Shown: piece after piece, positions 1 to 9,801 of the stretch
Position numbering within the stretch: the first letter of the stretch is position 1
Layout: every line of letters starts with the position of its first letter
Assembly (NCBI GenBank): GCA_002839315.1
Contig: PGXV01000007.1
Location: 65,934 to 129,933 of the forward strand
Source: Spirochaetae bacterium HGW-Spirochaetae-3
Lineage (GTDB): Bacteria > Spirochaetota > Spirochaetia > Treponematales > UBA12059
DNA length: 64,000 bases
Direction: 5' to 3'
The notes under the pieces: generated by a model
Databases searched by the model: none
Seen by the model: the letters and a program-made list of their open reading frames with translations, nothing else
Told to the model about the DNA's origin: nothing
Made by a program: the position numbers and the translations under genes

Positions 1-1469
1 CCCGTCTTCGCAAATGATATCCACGCGTCGCTCACGGCGTCGGCTACTCGAGCGGCCTCATCTATTTCGGCGTCTGACCTCGCGCTATTCCCGGCTATCG
101 GAGACGCGACGCTAACATTGTTGAAGACGTATGGGATTTCCGCCGTATGGAAGGCAAAAGGAGAACCATAGGTGAAAACGTATGCGTATACGGGAGCGCC
201 TGCCTGGTCGGCCTTATGGGTCATGATCTTAAGAATCGGCAGGCGGAGGAAGGTATCGAAGTAAAGGGCGTCGCGCCTCGTCTTCGCGGGATAGGCCTTG
301 AGGAATTCCTCCACTACCACGTCTTTATTCGCGCCATACGTACTCTGCAGGCGCGACTCGATCTCCGCATCGGAAAAGGTCTTTCCCCTATCCGCTCCCA
401 TGAGCAGGCTCATAGAGGTCCATTCATTCAGGTTCGTTCCGATTAGCAGGGTTATATCTTTTCCGGCCGTGGCGAACGAATCGGCAGTTACTGGATTCGT
501 CGGTATGAAATCGCCGTCCACTACCGGCTCCCAGTCTATGGATACCTGGCGGCTCAACGCCGCGACGAGGCCGAATTCCCCGGCGGTCGTCATTTTGGCC
601 TTTTGCGTTTCTTCAACCAGCCTCTCGTAGGGGACGTCCTGGATAGCCTCGACGGTATCGCCGGCGATACCGAGGTTGGCGAGGGTCAGTTCTCCCAGGC
701 GGCGGCTTGCCTCAAGGGTAGTAAAATTCACACCCATCGACTCCGTAGCGCCGCTCTGGACGATGCCCCTATGGAACAGCCCCTTAGCGTAAGGGCTAGT
801 CATCAGCGCCAGAATCTTCGCGCCGCCGCCCGACTCTCCGAATACGGTCACGTTCTTCGGATCGCCCCCGAAGCGCCCGATGTTCTCCTGGATCCATTCC
901 AAGGAATCGACGATGTCCATCACGCCGATGTTCGCTGAGTACTTATACTTGTCCCCATACGCGGAAAGGTCGAGATGCCCCATGATATTCAACCGATGGT
1001 TTACCGACACTACGACCACGTCGCCTTTCCTGCTCAGGTTTTCTCCGTTATACGCCGGTGATTCCTGAGCCGAGCCGGAAGAGAACCCGCCTCCGTGTAG
1101 CCACACCATGACGGCGCGTTTCTTACCGTCGATGCCGGGCGTCCAGATATTAAGGTTCTGGCAATCATTGTCCATATCTCCGGACGGAGCGGGGAAGCCC
1201 GATGAGGACGACTGCAATGAGATGGCGCCGTACTCGGTGGCGCTACGTACGCCGCTCCAGGGCTTTACCTTCCCTGCGGGAACGAACCGTTCAGTCGCTT
1301 GCGCGTAAGGCACTCCGAAATACGTGTAGATACCGTCGCTTTCGCCGCCTTGAAGGACGCCCTGCTTTGTCTTTACCAGTGCGTCCCCGCCTGAATTCGC
1401 AACCGAGGACGCGCAGCCCGCAAGGATCAAGACCGCGATCGTCAAACAATTGAATACGAATCTTCTCAT
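1..1469 (-). CDS. Carboxylesterase/lipase type B family lipoprotein (3' end outside window)
   Basis: Absent from the ORF track because it runs off the window edge. My own minus-strand translation from ATG 1469-1467 (GGAGG upstream) stays open to position 1. It reads MRRFVFNCLTIAVLILAGC (lipobox), VMVWLHGGGFSSGS and VTVFGESGGGAKI (GESxG nucleophile elbow), typical of type B carboxylesterases. Confidence 0.85.
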   Translation of the reverse strand, partial: MRRFVFNCLTIAVLILAGCASSVANSGGDALVKTKQGVLQGGESDGIYTYFGVPYAQATERFVPAGKVKPWSGVRSATEYGAISLQSSSSGFPAPSGDMDNDCQNLNIWTPGIDGKKRAVMVWLHGGGFSSGSAQESPAYNGENLSRKGDVVVVSVNHRLNIMGHLDLSAYGDKYKYSANIGVMDIVDSLEWIQENIGRFGGDPKNVTVFGESGGGAKILALMTSPYAKGLFHRGIVQSGATESMGVNFTTLEASRRLGELTLANLGIAGDTVEAIQDVPYERLVEETQKAKMTTAGEFGLVAALSRQVSIDWEPVVDGDFIPTNPVTADSFATAGKDITLLIGTNLNEWTSMSLLMGADRGKTFSDAEIESRLQSTYGANKDVVVEEFLKAYPAKTRRDALYFDTFLRLPILKIMTHKADQAGAPVYAYVFTYGSPFAFHTAEIPYVFNNVSVASPIAGNSARSDAEIDEAARVADAVSDAWISFAKT

Positions 1470-1508
1470 TGCATTTCCTCCGTGACTAAATCATAGCCTG
1501 ACCGATGG

Positions 1509-2165
1509 CTAGTTAAGCTTGAGCCCGGTGACCCATCGTGCTACGTCCGTATCCGCCGAATTAATCTGCCTGATGCTGACGGCGAAACCATCGGCGCTGA
1601 CGTTAGCGCGCGGTTCAAGCTCGGAGATCGTCTCGATCGTCGAGGAGAACCTGCTGCCATTGTGGACGCAGAACGGGATAACGCGCTTGCCGGCGAGGTC
1701 GTAGCGCTCGAAGAAGCTGTACATGACCATCGGCAGGTCATACCACCATACGGGATAACCTATGAAGACCACGTCGTAGTCGGCTATCTCGCGATGGTCG
1801 GAGATAAGCGGAGGCCGGGCTTTCTTCTTCTGCTCATCCGCGGCGTAGTCGATCAGCCGGTCTATATTGGACTGGTACTTCACCGACGTACGGATGGGAA
1901 CCAGGTCGCCGCCGGTGTTCTCCTGGATCATCTCGGCGAGGGCCCGGACCATGCCGACGCTTCGTCCCTTGCGCTTCGTGACGCTGGCCGATGACACGAC
2001 GTCGGTCTCGCTGTTCTCGCCGGGGGCGAAGTACAGGATGAGGATCTTGCCTGTTCCCTTCCCGGGGGCGATCGTCGCCGTCGGGACCGCGGTCGCGGTT
2101 ATCCCGCTGGCCAGTAGCATCGCTACGGTTATCGCCGCGATACTAAAAGAATTGTTGCTTCTCAC
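1509..2165 (-). CDS. Exported flavodoxin-like protein (signal peptide + flavodoxin fold)
   Basis: 218-aa track ORF with a GTG start 6 nt after the upstream stop. It has a hydrophobic N-terminal signal, then ILILYFAPG...DYDVVFIGYPVWWYDLPMVMYSFFE...GKRVIPFCVHNGS, a flavodoxin-like motif set. It is a paralog of 9802-10443. Confidence 0.7.
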   Translation of the reverse strand: MRSNNSFSIAAITVAMLLASGITATAVPTATIAPGKGTGKILILYFAPGENSETDVVSSASVTKRKGRSVGMVRALAEMIQENTGGDLVPIRTSVKYQSNIDRLIDYAADEQKKKARPPLISDHREIADYDVVFIGYPVWWYDLPMVMYSFFERYDLAGKRVIPFCVHNGSRFSSTIETISELEPRANVSADGFAVSIRQINSADTDVARWVTGLKLN

Positions 2166-2171
2166 TGCTGA

Positions 2172-2858
2172 TTATCCTTTCTTGGGTAAGCGGCTTTCTA
2201 TGCCGCGGATAGAACGCCGCGACGAGACGCCGATGATAATAGACATGGAAAGAATCGCCGCGTGGTCCACTAAGAAGGCGGCGACTGGCTCTTCGGGGTC
2301 GGAGAACCGCATCAGATTCGATGACAGGTCGAACAGGAAGTAGCCGCGACGTACGGCCGCCGCCAGCCCGAAGGCTACCGCTAGGCTGCAGGCCAGGTAT
2401 CCGGCGAACCGCAGGAATCGGGGAGTGGCCGATCGTTGTCGGCGGACTCCGACCAAGGCGAGGAAACTGGGCAAGCGAAGGCCGATATGGACTCCGACGA
2501 GCAGGAATCCCGTATGCGCGAGGATCCTGTGAAGCGGCCTCGCCAACGAAGGACGGAACGGGGAATACGCCAGGACGAATAGGTGCCTGGCGAGGGATAG
2601 GCCCGTCGCGGCTAATAGCAGTATGTTCGCGGCAAGGAGAATCTCTATCAGGCGCTGCGAGGCTCGGGTCCATGAATACGGCGCACGTCCGGCTCCGCGA
2701 GACTTGCGTAGGCTCAGCCGTAGATGCCAGCCTACGGTCGCCAGGAATCCCAGTCCGACGGCTTCGTGGAAAGTGCCTGGTAGGAAGGTATGGGCGATCA
2801 GCGTCAGCAAGAGCCCCATCATGAAGCTATCGATGATCGGTCGTGTCGTCTTGTTCAT
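2172..2858 (-). CDS. Polytopic membrane protein, DUF4405-like (possible cytochrome b-like)
   Basis: 228-aa ORF with several hydrophobic helices and conserved His (TLIAHTF, VGWHL, ILAHTGFLLVGVHIG). It sits immediately upstream of the exported flavodoxin in the same operon. The family call is from memory. Confidence 0.55.
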   Translation of the reverse strand: MNKTTRPIIDSFMMGLLLTLIAHTFLPGTFHEAVGLGFLATVGWHLRLSLRKSRGAGRAPYSWTRASQRLIEILLAANILLLAATGLSLARHLFVLAYSPFRPSLARPLHRILAHTGFLLVGVHIGLRLPSFLALVGVRRQRSATPRFLRFAGYLACSLAVAFGLAAAVRRGYFLFDLSSNLMRFSDPEEPVAAFLVDHAAILSMSIIIGVSSRRSIRGIESRLPKKG

Positions 2859-3196
2859 CGAGCGCCCTTTCGTCGACTTTTACCGCTCGCGCGCGAGGAT
2901 AAAGTCAGCTTGGAAGCGAAATCGTTTGAAAGTGAGATTTGGGCGATCACCTGGGCAATCCTCCTCACGTTCAACCTAGCACCGTTGTTTTTCTTGAAAT
3001 AGTCTAAATATGGGAGATCGTTGCCCGATCCTCTCGACGCTTGACGTTTTTTCCGCATAGTCGGTAACGGATGGTCGGAGATATGAATTGCTATCGCGTT
3101 TTTTTTATAATCTGCGACAGGATTAGGCAAAAAGTAAGGCTGTTTGTTGTATTGTTTTTGACGCCTGAATATAGACTGGATAGTCGCGGAGGACCA

Positions 3197-4204
3197 ATGG
3201 AACTTGGCGTTACTATGAAAGGCGGAAAGATCATTGTTCGACTTATTCTAATCGGCGTAGTCTGCCTTGCTTGCGGCAAGAGCCTCGCCGCGGAACCCGC
3301 GTCGGCGCCGGGCGAAAAATCTAGAGGCGGTGATTTCACGGAAGACACGAGGATTTGGGATGTCGTCTATGATCCGGCTTTTGTGGGATATGGACGGCTG
3401 ATTTTCCCCGCCGACAAGACTATCGGCAGGGATATGAAGCTATCGGATACCGGCGATATCCTTACATGGTATACCTACGTCAATCCGGTTCGTACCGTTG
3501 AGATCGTAAACTACATGAAGGCCAAAGCCGATTCGGGCGAAAAAATATTCTACGATATCTATACTGACGAAGAGAAGACCGCCGATCCGGCGAAGCGCTA
3601 TACGGGGCTTTTCCTGTTCCGCGGCGTTCGTAATGGGAAACTGGCCATCGTCAACGCCGGCGGAGGGTTCTCGTACGTCGGCGCCATGCATGACAGCTTT
3701 CCGCACGCGTTGGAGTTATCAAAGAAAGGGTATAACGCTTTCGCGCTGATCTATAGGCCGGGCGCCCGTACGGCGTGCGAGGACCTGGCTCGCGCTATCG
3801 CCTTTATCCATGATAAGGCTCGTGAGCTCGAGGTCGATACGGCGGACTATTCCTTATGGGGCGGATCCGCGGGCGCTCGGATGGCGGCGTGGCTCGGCTC
3901 TCACGGAACGGAAGCTTTCGGTGAATCGGCGTATCCGAGACCCGGAGCCGTTATAATGCAGTACACGGGTCTATCTGAAGTGTCCGGAAGCGAGCCGCCT
4001 ACATACGCCTGCGTAGGGACATCCGACGGCATCGCGGACTTCCGTACGATGGATGATCGTATAAGGTGGATAATGGCGAACGGGACGGACGCGGAGATAG
4101 AGGTTTTCAAGGGGCTGCCGCACGGGTTCGGGCTCGGCGAGGGAACGATTGCCGAAGGCTGGATCGAGCGTGCCGCGCTGTTCTGGGAAAAGCAGATGGA
4201 CTGA
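3197..4204 (+). CDS. Secreted alpha/beta hydrolase (esterase)
   Basis: Track ORF 3071-4204 trimmed to ATG 3197, which is preceded by GGAGG. It has a signal-like N-terminus (KIIVRLILIGVVCLACG) and an LWGGSAGARMAAW GxSxG elbow with a downstream HGFG. Confidence 0.75.
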   Translation: MELGVTMKGGKIIVRLILIGVVCLACGKSLAAEPASAPGEKSRGGDFTEDTRIWDVVYDPAFVGYGRLIFPADKTIGRDMKLSDTGDILTWYTYVNPVRTVEIVNYMKAKADSGEKIFYDIYTDEEKTADPAKRYTGLFLFRGVRNGKLAIVNAGGGFSYVGAMHDSFPHALELSKKGYNAFALIYRPGARTACEDLARAIAFIHDKARELEVDTADYSLWGGSAGARMAAWLGSHGTEAFGESAYPRPGAVIMQYTGLSEVSGSEPPTYACVGTSDGIADFRTMDDRIRWIMANGTDAEIEVFKGLPHGFGLGEGTIAEGWIERAALFWEKQMD

Positions 4205-4220
4205 AGCGGAGGCGGGATAC

Positions 4221-5255
4221 ATGAGAGCAAGACGAGGATCAACGAGCTTCGCGCTGATACTGCTATCTAACGTTTTATCAGCGGCGTGTAGTAGCCAGGA
4301 CAACTCCGAACTGCCGTCGGAGCATAAACCGGCCGTCGAGGCTAGCGGGAGCAAGGAACTCGGAGTGGGGCGTATGGTACCGACGGAGCTGAGTACTATT
4401 CCATCGAGCTATTTCCAGGCGGCGGCCAGTCAAGGGCGCTTGGTAGAACTTGTCTATCGAACCTACGAATCTAGGACTTACAGCCTAATGACGAAGCCGA
4501 TCGAGAAGAGGGCTATCGTATATCTGCCCTTTGGCTATTCGGATGAAAGCCGGTACAATGTCGTTTACCTGATGCACGGCGGATGGAGCAATGAGACGAC
4601 GACCCTGGGCAGTCCGGATCGACCGAGTCCGTTCAAGAACGTCGTCGATCATGCGATAGAGAATGGCGATTTTAAGCCGATCATAATCGTATGCCCTACT
4701 TACAACAATGAAAGTCCCGAGGATAGCGCCGACTACACGTTGGCGTTCCATACCCTAACCGTCAACTACCATAGAGAGTTGATCAACGACCTGATTCCCG
4801 CCGTAGAGGGTACGTACGCGACCTACGCCGGGGGCGCGTCTCATGAGGACATCAAGGCTTCAAGGGACCACAGGGCCTTCGGCGGGTTCTCGATGGGATC
4901 CGTAACCACATGGTACACGTTTATAAACTGCCTGGACGAATTCCGTTATTTCCTGCCTATGAGCGGCGCCATGGACTACGAGGGCGACGATGTCGACCGC
5001 GCGGTTACGGCTTCGGGCCATGGGCCTGACGATTACTTTATTTATGCTATCACGGGAACGGACGACTTCGAGCGCGGGCATTTTGCTAGTCAGGTCGAAG
5101 GGATGCTCGGTATGCCGAGCGGTAATTTTATCTCGGTAGATACGTCGGATGCCGGGAACACGGCGTTCCGGGTAGGGGACGGGTATTCGCACGACGGCCG
5201 CGCGGCGATGGAATACACTTATAATGGTTTGCTCCTATTCTGGAACCGGCGATGA
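4221..5255 (+). CDS. Lipoprotein esterase (putative esterase / feruloyl-esterase-like family)
   Basis: Track ORF 4149-5255 trimmed to ATG 4221, which follows a GGAGG-type RBS. It has a lipobox (LSAAC), VVYLMHGGW and AFGGFSMGSVTTWY (GxSxG). Confidence 0.8.
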   Translation: MRARRGSTSFALILLSNVLSAACSSQDNSELPSEHKPAVEASGSKELGVGRMVPTELSTIPSSYFQAAASQGRLVELVYRTYESRTYSLMTKPIEKRAIVYLPFGYSDESRYNVVYLMHGGWSNETTTLGSPDRPSPFKNVVDHAIENGDFKPIIIVCPTYNNESPEDSADYTLAFHTLTVNYHRELINDLIPAVEGTYATYAGGASHEDIKASRDHRAFGGFSMGSVTTWYTFINCLDEFRYFLPMSGAMDYEGDDVDRAVTASGHGPDDYFIYAITGTDDFERGHFASQVEGMLGMPSGNFISVDTSDAGNTAFRVGDGYSHDGRAAMEYTYNGLLLFWNRR

Positions 5256-5324
5256 CGGGCGCGCGCCCGCGAATATGCTTTCGAAATAGTAAGGACCGTC
5301 GAACCGGTCGTAGCGTAGGATGAA

Positions 5325-5870
5325 ATGAGGGAACAAGTGAGTAAGAAGATCTTGGTATTATCTGGTAGCCCGCGTAGTGGCGGCAACTCGGACACGCTCT
5401 GCGATCGCTTCATTGATGGCGCGGCGGGAGCCGGGAACAGTATCGAGAAAATAAACATTCAGGGCAAATCGATTCGTTGCTGTACGGCATGCTATGCGTG
5501 CAAGGGGAAAGGCGCGTGCGTGCAGGAAGACGATATGGCCGAGATCCTCGACAGGATGGTCCATGCCGATGTGATCGTCCTGGCGACGCCCGTCTACTTC
5601 TACTCCATGGACGGTCAGATGAAGACCTTGATCGACCGTACGCTTCCCCGTTATACGGAGATCAAGGATAAGGACCTGTATTTCATCGTTACGGCGGCGG
5701 CGGAGAAGGAATCCATGGAACGAACCGTCGATGGCTTGCGTGGCTTTTCGGATTGCCTGCCGGGATCGAAGGTAAAGGGAGTCGTCTACGGCGCGGGCGC
5801 ATGGCAACTGGGCGATATTCAGGGGAACGAGGCCTTACGGGAAGCCTATGAGCTCGGGGTAAGAGCCTGA
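5325..5870 (+). CDS. NAD(P)H-dependent FMN reductase / iron-sulfur flavoprotein family
   Basis: The 181-aa ORF shows KILVLSGSPRSGGNS, a CCTACYACKGKGACV cysteine cluster and VLATPVYFYSMDGQMKTLIDR. Confidence 0.8.
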   Translation: MREQVSKKILVLSGSPRSGGNSDTLCDRFIDGAAGAGNSIEKINIQGKSIRCCTACYACKGKGACVQEDDMAEILDRMVHADVIVLATPVYFYSMDGQMKTLIDRTLPRYTEIKDKDLYFIVTAAAEKESMERTVDGLRGFSDCLPGSKVKGVVYGAGAWQLGDIQGNEALREAYELGVRA

Positions 5871-5927
5871 TATCCTAGGCCGCACCGTTCGGGAGTAGGC
5901 CTGGGCGGGCGGTCGGCGACGGCGCGT

Positions 5928-5956
5928 TTGCGTCGCTTTCCTACCTGCCTTACAAT
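5928..5956 (+). promoter_or_regulatory. Sigma70-like promoter TTGCGT-N17-TACAAT, 11 nt before the ATG (near-leaderless)
   Basis: Read directly: ttgcgt at 5928-5933, tacaat at 5951-5956 and the ATG at 5968. There is no convincing RBS between them. Confidence 0.4.
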
Positions 5957-5967
5957 ATACCTCAGCT

Positions 5968-7776
5968 ATGCAATCGATAACGATACGCTGCGGGATAGAT
6001 GAGCGCCTCGACTGTAGCCTCCTCGAATCGGCGCGCGAGGAGGTCGCGGCCTATCCGCCTGAACGGGTTTTGATACAGGTATACTACTGCGTTCCCGATA
6101 CCGGCGCGATAGAGACCGTCCTGGGTAGATTAAGCGGCATGTTCCCCGGCTGTCCCGTCATCGGGGCCAACGCTAACGGCGGTATACTGAACGGGCAGTC
6201 ATTCGACGGAGCGATCATCGTCAATTTCAGCCTATTTGAAAGCACCGCTGTGAAGACCGTCCTCATAACCCAGAATAAGGATATGGGGAAGGCGGGCCTT
6301 GAGACGGCCGCGGCGCTAGCCGATCCGAGCTTAAGGGCGGTCATAGCGTTCGGTTGCGGGATACGCGATCAAGTCTACCTGGACAACGGCCTTTACCTTA
6401 AGTCCCTGTCGGGAGCCTTGAACGGGGTTCCCGTGTCGGGCGGCTTGGCCGGAGCGGAATCGGGCGGCCGTTTCTCATCGTTCGTGTTCAGCGAGCGGGG
6501 CCTTACGCAATCCGGTTTCGCGGCTGCCGCGCTGTCCGGCCCCGAGCTCAGGGTCTTCGGCGATTTCGACATCGACTGGATTCCCGTCGGCAAGCGGATG
6601 ACCATTACGGGAATGCGCGGTAGGCGGGTATTCTCAATCGACGATAGACCGGTGACCGATCTCTATAGGCAGTATCTGGGTATCGCCTCGAACCTCGTGT
6701 CGGTCGACCTTATAAACCGGTTCCCGCTCATGAGGAACAGGCACGGCGTCGATCTGACCGATCTCGTATCCGTAGTCCACGAAGACGGGTCGGTAGACTT
6801 TATCCAGAAGCTGAACATAGGGGAGCAAGTCCGATTCGGTATATGCGACGCCGGTCTCCAGGAGGACGGGGTCCGTAGGGTGAACCGGTCCCTTCGCGCG
6901 TTCCGGCCTGACGGCGTCTTCTACTTCGCCTGTCCATCAAGGAGAATGGTGTTCGGGGAGACTATAGACGCTGATATGGCGACGCTTATCGACATGCCCG
7001 CCTCGTGCGGCATATACACCTTCGGCGAATTCCACGCGGACGGTTCGGGAGAGCCGCTATTCTTCCACCAGGCCATGTCCGTCCTAGCGGTCGCCGAGGG
7101 AACCGTTGCCCCCGATCCTGGCTCGCCGGCCAGCTCGGCCGCTATCACCGCAGGGATCGGTGATAGCGATAAGTACGTGCAATCAAAGGCGCTCATCCAT
7201 TTGACGATGAGCATCACGAGGGAGCTCGAGGAGACGAACCGGCGCTTGACCGAGATGGCCCACACCGACGGCCTGACGGGCCTGGGCAACCGGCGAAAAT
7301 TCGACGACAACCTGGATAGGGCGATTAAGACGCACGCTCGTTCCGGGACTTCGTTCGCCCTTATCATGCTCGACGTGGACCATTTTAAGCTGTTTAACGA
7401 TCTTTACGGACACGTCGACGGCGACGATTGCCTGAGGAGCCTCGGGCACGTACTGCGGGAAGCCCTGCACCGCGCGGGAGATTTCGCGTTCCGTTACGGA
7501 GGAGAGGAATTCGCCTGTATCCTGTCGCCCGCTAGCGCGTCCGACGCCGCCGTCGTCGCGGAGCGCATCCGTAGCCGGGTAGAGACGGTCGGCATACCGC
7601 ACCGGGGCTCCCCCACGCGCGAAGTCGTGACGATCAGCATCGGTGCGCTCCTCGTAGACGCCGGGAAGGGCACGCTTCCGAGCCGCGTCGTAGAGGAATG
7701 CGACGCCCTTCTCTATGAGGCCAAGAAAGCAGGTCGAAATCGCGTCGTCTGCCGCGGGACGAAGCGTACAGGCTAG
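5968..7776 (+). CDS. FIST-domain sensor diguanylate cyclase (FIST_N/FIST_C + GGDEF)
   Basis: The 602-aa C-terminus reads TDGLTGLGNRRKFD...RAGDFAFRYGGEEFACIL, with a GGEEF active site and an RxxD I-site at canonical spacing. The long N-terminal region resembles FIST domains. Confidence 0.9.
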   Translation: MQSITIRCGIDERLDCSLLESAREEVAAYPPERVLIQVYYCVPDTGAIETVLGRLSGMFPGCPVIGANANGGILNGQSFDGAIIVNFSLFESTAVKTVLITQNKDMGKAGLETAAALADPSLRAVIAFGCGIRDQVYLDNGLYLKSLSGALNGVPVSGGLAGAESGGRFSSFVFSERGLTQSGFAAAALSGPELRVFGDFDIDWIPVGKRMTITGMRGRRVFSIDDRPVTDLYRQYLGIASNLVSVDLINRFPLMRNRHGVDLTDLVSVVHEDGSVDFIQKLNIGEQVRFGICDAGLQEDGVRRVNRSLRAFRPDGVFYFACPSRRMVFGETIDADMATLIDMPASCGIYTFGEFHADGSGEPLFFHQAMSVLAVAEGTVAPDPGSPASSAAITAGIGDSDKYVQSKALIHLTMSITRELEETNRRLTEMAHTDGLTGLGNRRKFDDNLDRAIKTHARSGTSFALIMLDVDHFKLFNDLYGHVDGDDCLRSLGHVLREALHRAGDFAFRYGGEEFACILSPASASDAAVVAERIRSRVETVGIPHRGSPTREVVTISIGALLVDAGKGTLPSRVVEECDALLYEAKKAGRNRVVCRGTKRTG

Positions 7777-8735
7777 CCGGCTAACGAGGCGGTTGCCCTG
7801 GGTACGTCGCTCGACAGCCGTAGCTTGCGAACGTCCTTGGCGGGGGAGACTCCGAAAAGTCGACTGTACTCTCTGCAGAACTGAGACGAGCTCTCATAGC
7901 CTACACCGAAGGCGGCTCTCGTGACATCGTAGTCTGCGGTCAGCATCAGCCGGCGCGCGTCCTGGAGGCGTAGCCATTTCTGGTACTGTAGCGGGCTCAT
8001 CGCGGTGATCTCGCGGAAGTGGTGGTGGAAGGCGGAGAGGCTCATCTGCGAATACGTAGCGAGTTCCTCCACCGAAAGCCGCTGGGTGAAATTCGATTTC
8101 AGCCAGTCGACGGCTCGAAGGATCCGCGAATTCTGGCTTCCTCTCATGCCTATCCGCCTGAGGTGTATGCCCGCCTCGCCCGTCAACACGCGGTAGAGGA
8201 CTTCCCTGTGGATAGCCGGCGCCAGGAACGGAATAGCCTCGGGTTCGTCCAGGAGGTCTATGAGGCGTATAAGGGCGTCGACCAAGGGGGCCGTGAGGGA
8301 GCCGACCGTCATAGCCCTGCTCGATTCGCTGGGAGAAGGTTCCGGTAGGTTCCCCTCTACGAGCATCTGGGCTATGTCTTTCTGGTCGAGCTTCAACGCG
8401 AAGCCCATGTACGGTCTCTCGGGGCTCGCGTCCACGATTTGGGCGACGATAGGGAGGTCTATCGAGGTGGCGAGATAGCTATCGCGGCCGTAGGAATACT
8501 CGTCGGTACCGAGTATGATCCGCTTCGATCCCTGCACGATGAAGCAGAGACTCGGTTGGTGCGTATACCTGGTCAACCCGGAAGGCTCGCGGCGCTTATA
8601 TATCCGCATTCCGGGAATAGATATCTTAGGATCGTCGCTTTCATCGGTCCATCGGGCGATACGTTCGAAGAGTCTCAGCTTGCGATCCTCGAGACCCCCG
8701 TCGTCTGGGCGTTCCTGCGTATTCATCGTTTCCAT
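7773..8735 (-). CDS. AraC family transcriptional regulator (AraC_N-type ligand domain + HTH)
   Basis: The C-terminus reads SVEELATYSQMSLSAFHHHFREITAMSPLQYQKWLRLQDARRLM...FGVGYESSSQFCREYSRLFGVSP. The gene is divergent from the aldo/keto reductase. Confidence 0.9.
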   Translation of the reverse strand: METMNTQERPDDGGLEDRKLRLFERIARWTDESDDPKISIPGMRIYKRREPSGLTRYTHQPSLCFIVQGSKRIILGTDEYSYGRDSYLATSIDLPIVAQIVDASPERPYMGFALKLDQKDIAQMLVEGNLPEPSPSESSRAMTVGSLTAPLVDALIRLIDLLDEPEAIPFLAPAIHREVLYRVLTGEAGIHLRRIGMRGSQNSRILRAVDWLKSNFTQRLSVEELATYSQMSLSAFHHHFREITAMSPLQYQKWLRLQDARRLMLTADYDVTRAAFGVGYESSSQFCREYSRLFGVSPAKDVRKLRLSSDVPRATASLAG

Positions 8736-8868
8736 CCCCGTATTGTTATCCAGGATTATCGATTTATCAACTGCTTATACACTCTGCTGGAATATTAGGC
8801 AATAACATGGCATGAACGATATATTCCTTTACCGTCTCCGACCGTTAGCTTTATGGCGAGGAGAAATC

Positions 8869-9717
8869 ATGGAGTTCGTGAAGTTGAATAATGGAGTAGG
8901 GATGCCAGCCCTGGGTTTCGGCGTATTCCAGATATCCGATATGGGGCAGTGCGAAAGGAGCGTTGCCGCCGCGGTCGATATAGGGTATAGGCTGATCGAT
9001 ACCGCCGCTTCGTACGGGAACGAGGAAGCGGTAGGGCGCGCCTTGGCGTCGAGCGGGGTCGATCGATCTGAGCTCTTCGTTACCACCAAGGTATGGGTTC
9101 AGGACGTAGGCTATGAGAAGACCAGAAAAGCCTTCGGGAAGTCCCTCGAGAACCTGAGGCTCGATTACCTGGACCTGTATCTCATCCATCAGCCATACGG
9201 CGACATCTTCGGCGCGTGGCGGGCCATGGAAGAGCTGTACAGGGAAGGCAAGGTAAGGGCGATAGGCGTCAGCAATTTCCCCGATTACCGGTTAATGGAC
9301 CTCATCGTCAACTCGGAGATCAAGCCCGCGGTCAACCAAGTCGAGACGCACCCGTTCAACCAGCAGCTACGGAGCGCCGAGTTCCTGAAGCAGAACGATA
9401 TTCAGATCGAGTCCTGGGGGCCCTTCGCCGAAGGCCGTAACAACCTGTTCGCGAACGATACGCTCGTCTCGATCGCGGCCGCCCATGGTAAGTCGGTGGC
9501 TCAGGTCGTCCTCCGCTGGCTGATCCAGCGAGGCGTCGTGGCGATTCCGAAATCCGTCAACCCGGATCGCATGGAGCAGAATTTCAACGTCTTCGATTTT
9601 TGCCTGACCGACGCGGAGATGGAGGCCGTCAAGAGCCTGGATACGTCCGCTAGCCTCTTCTTCAGCCACCAAGATCCAGAAATGGTAAAGCTGCTTTGTA
9701 CGCGGAGACTCGATTAG
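8869..9717 (+). CDS. Aldo/keto reductase
   Basis: Track ORF trimmed to ATG 8869 ([21 protein letters not shown]), which follows GAGGAG. It carries [18 protein letters not shown] and LDLYLIHQP. Confidence 0.9.
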   Translation: MEFVKLNNGVGMPALGFGVFQISDMGQCERSVAAAVDIGYRLIDTAASYGNEEAVGRALASSGVDRSELFVTTKVWVQDVGYEKTRKAFGKSLENLRLDYLDLYLIHQPYGDIFGAWRAMEELYREGKVRAIGVSNFPDYRLMDLIVNSEIKPAVNQVETHPFNQQLRSAEFLKQNDIQIESWGPFAEGRNNLFANDTLVSIAAAHGKSVAQVVLRWLIQRGVVAIPKSVNPDRMEQNFNVFDFCLTDAEMEAVKSLDTSASLFFSHQDPEMVKLLCTRRLD

Positions 9718-9801
9718 CGCGGGGGCCCGCTAAGCAGGATCGGTAGATAACGCGTAGACGCGGCGGGGCGGTCGGCCCCAGTCTTGAAAGGAGTACTAAA
9801 G

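Noticed and set aside
9713-9735. Hairpin TTAGCG-N8-CGCTAA after the aldo/keto reductase gene, and GGGCGCGCGCCC after the esterase gene (around 5257-5270), as terminators.
   Set aside because: The stems are short (4-6 bp), partly overlap the stop codon, and lack U-tracts. This is not enough evidence to annotate them.
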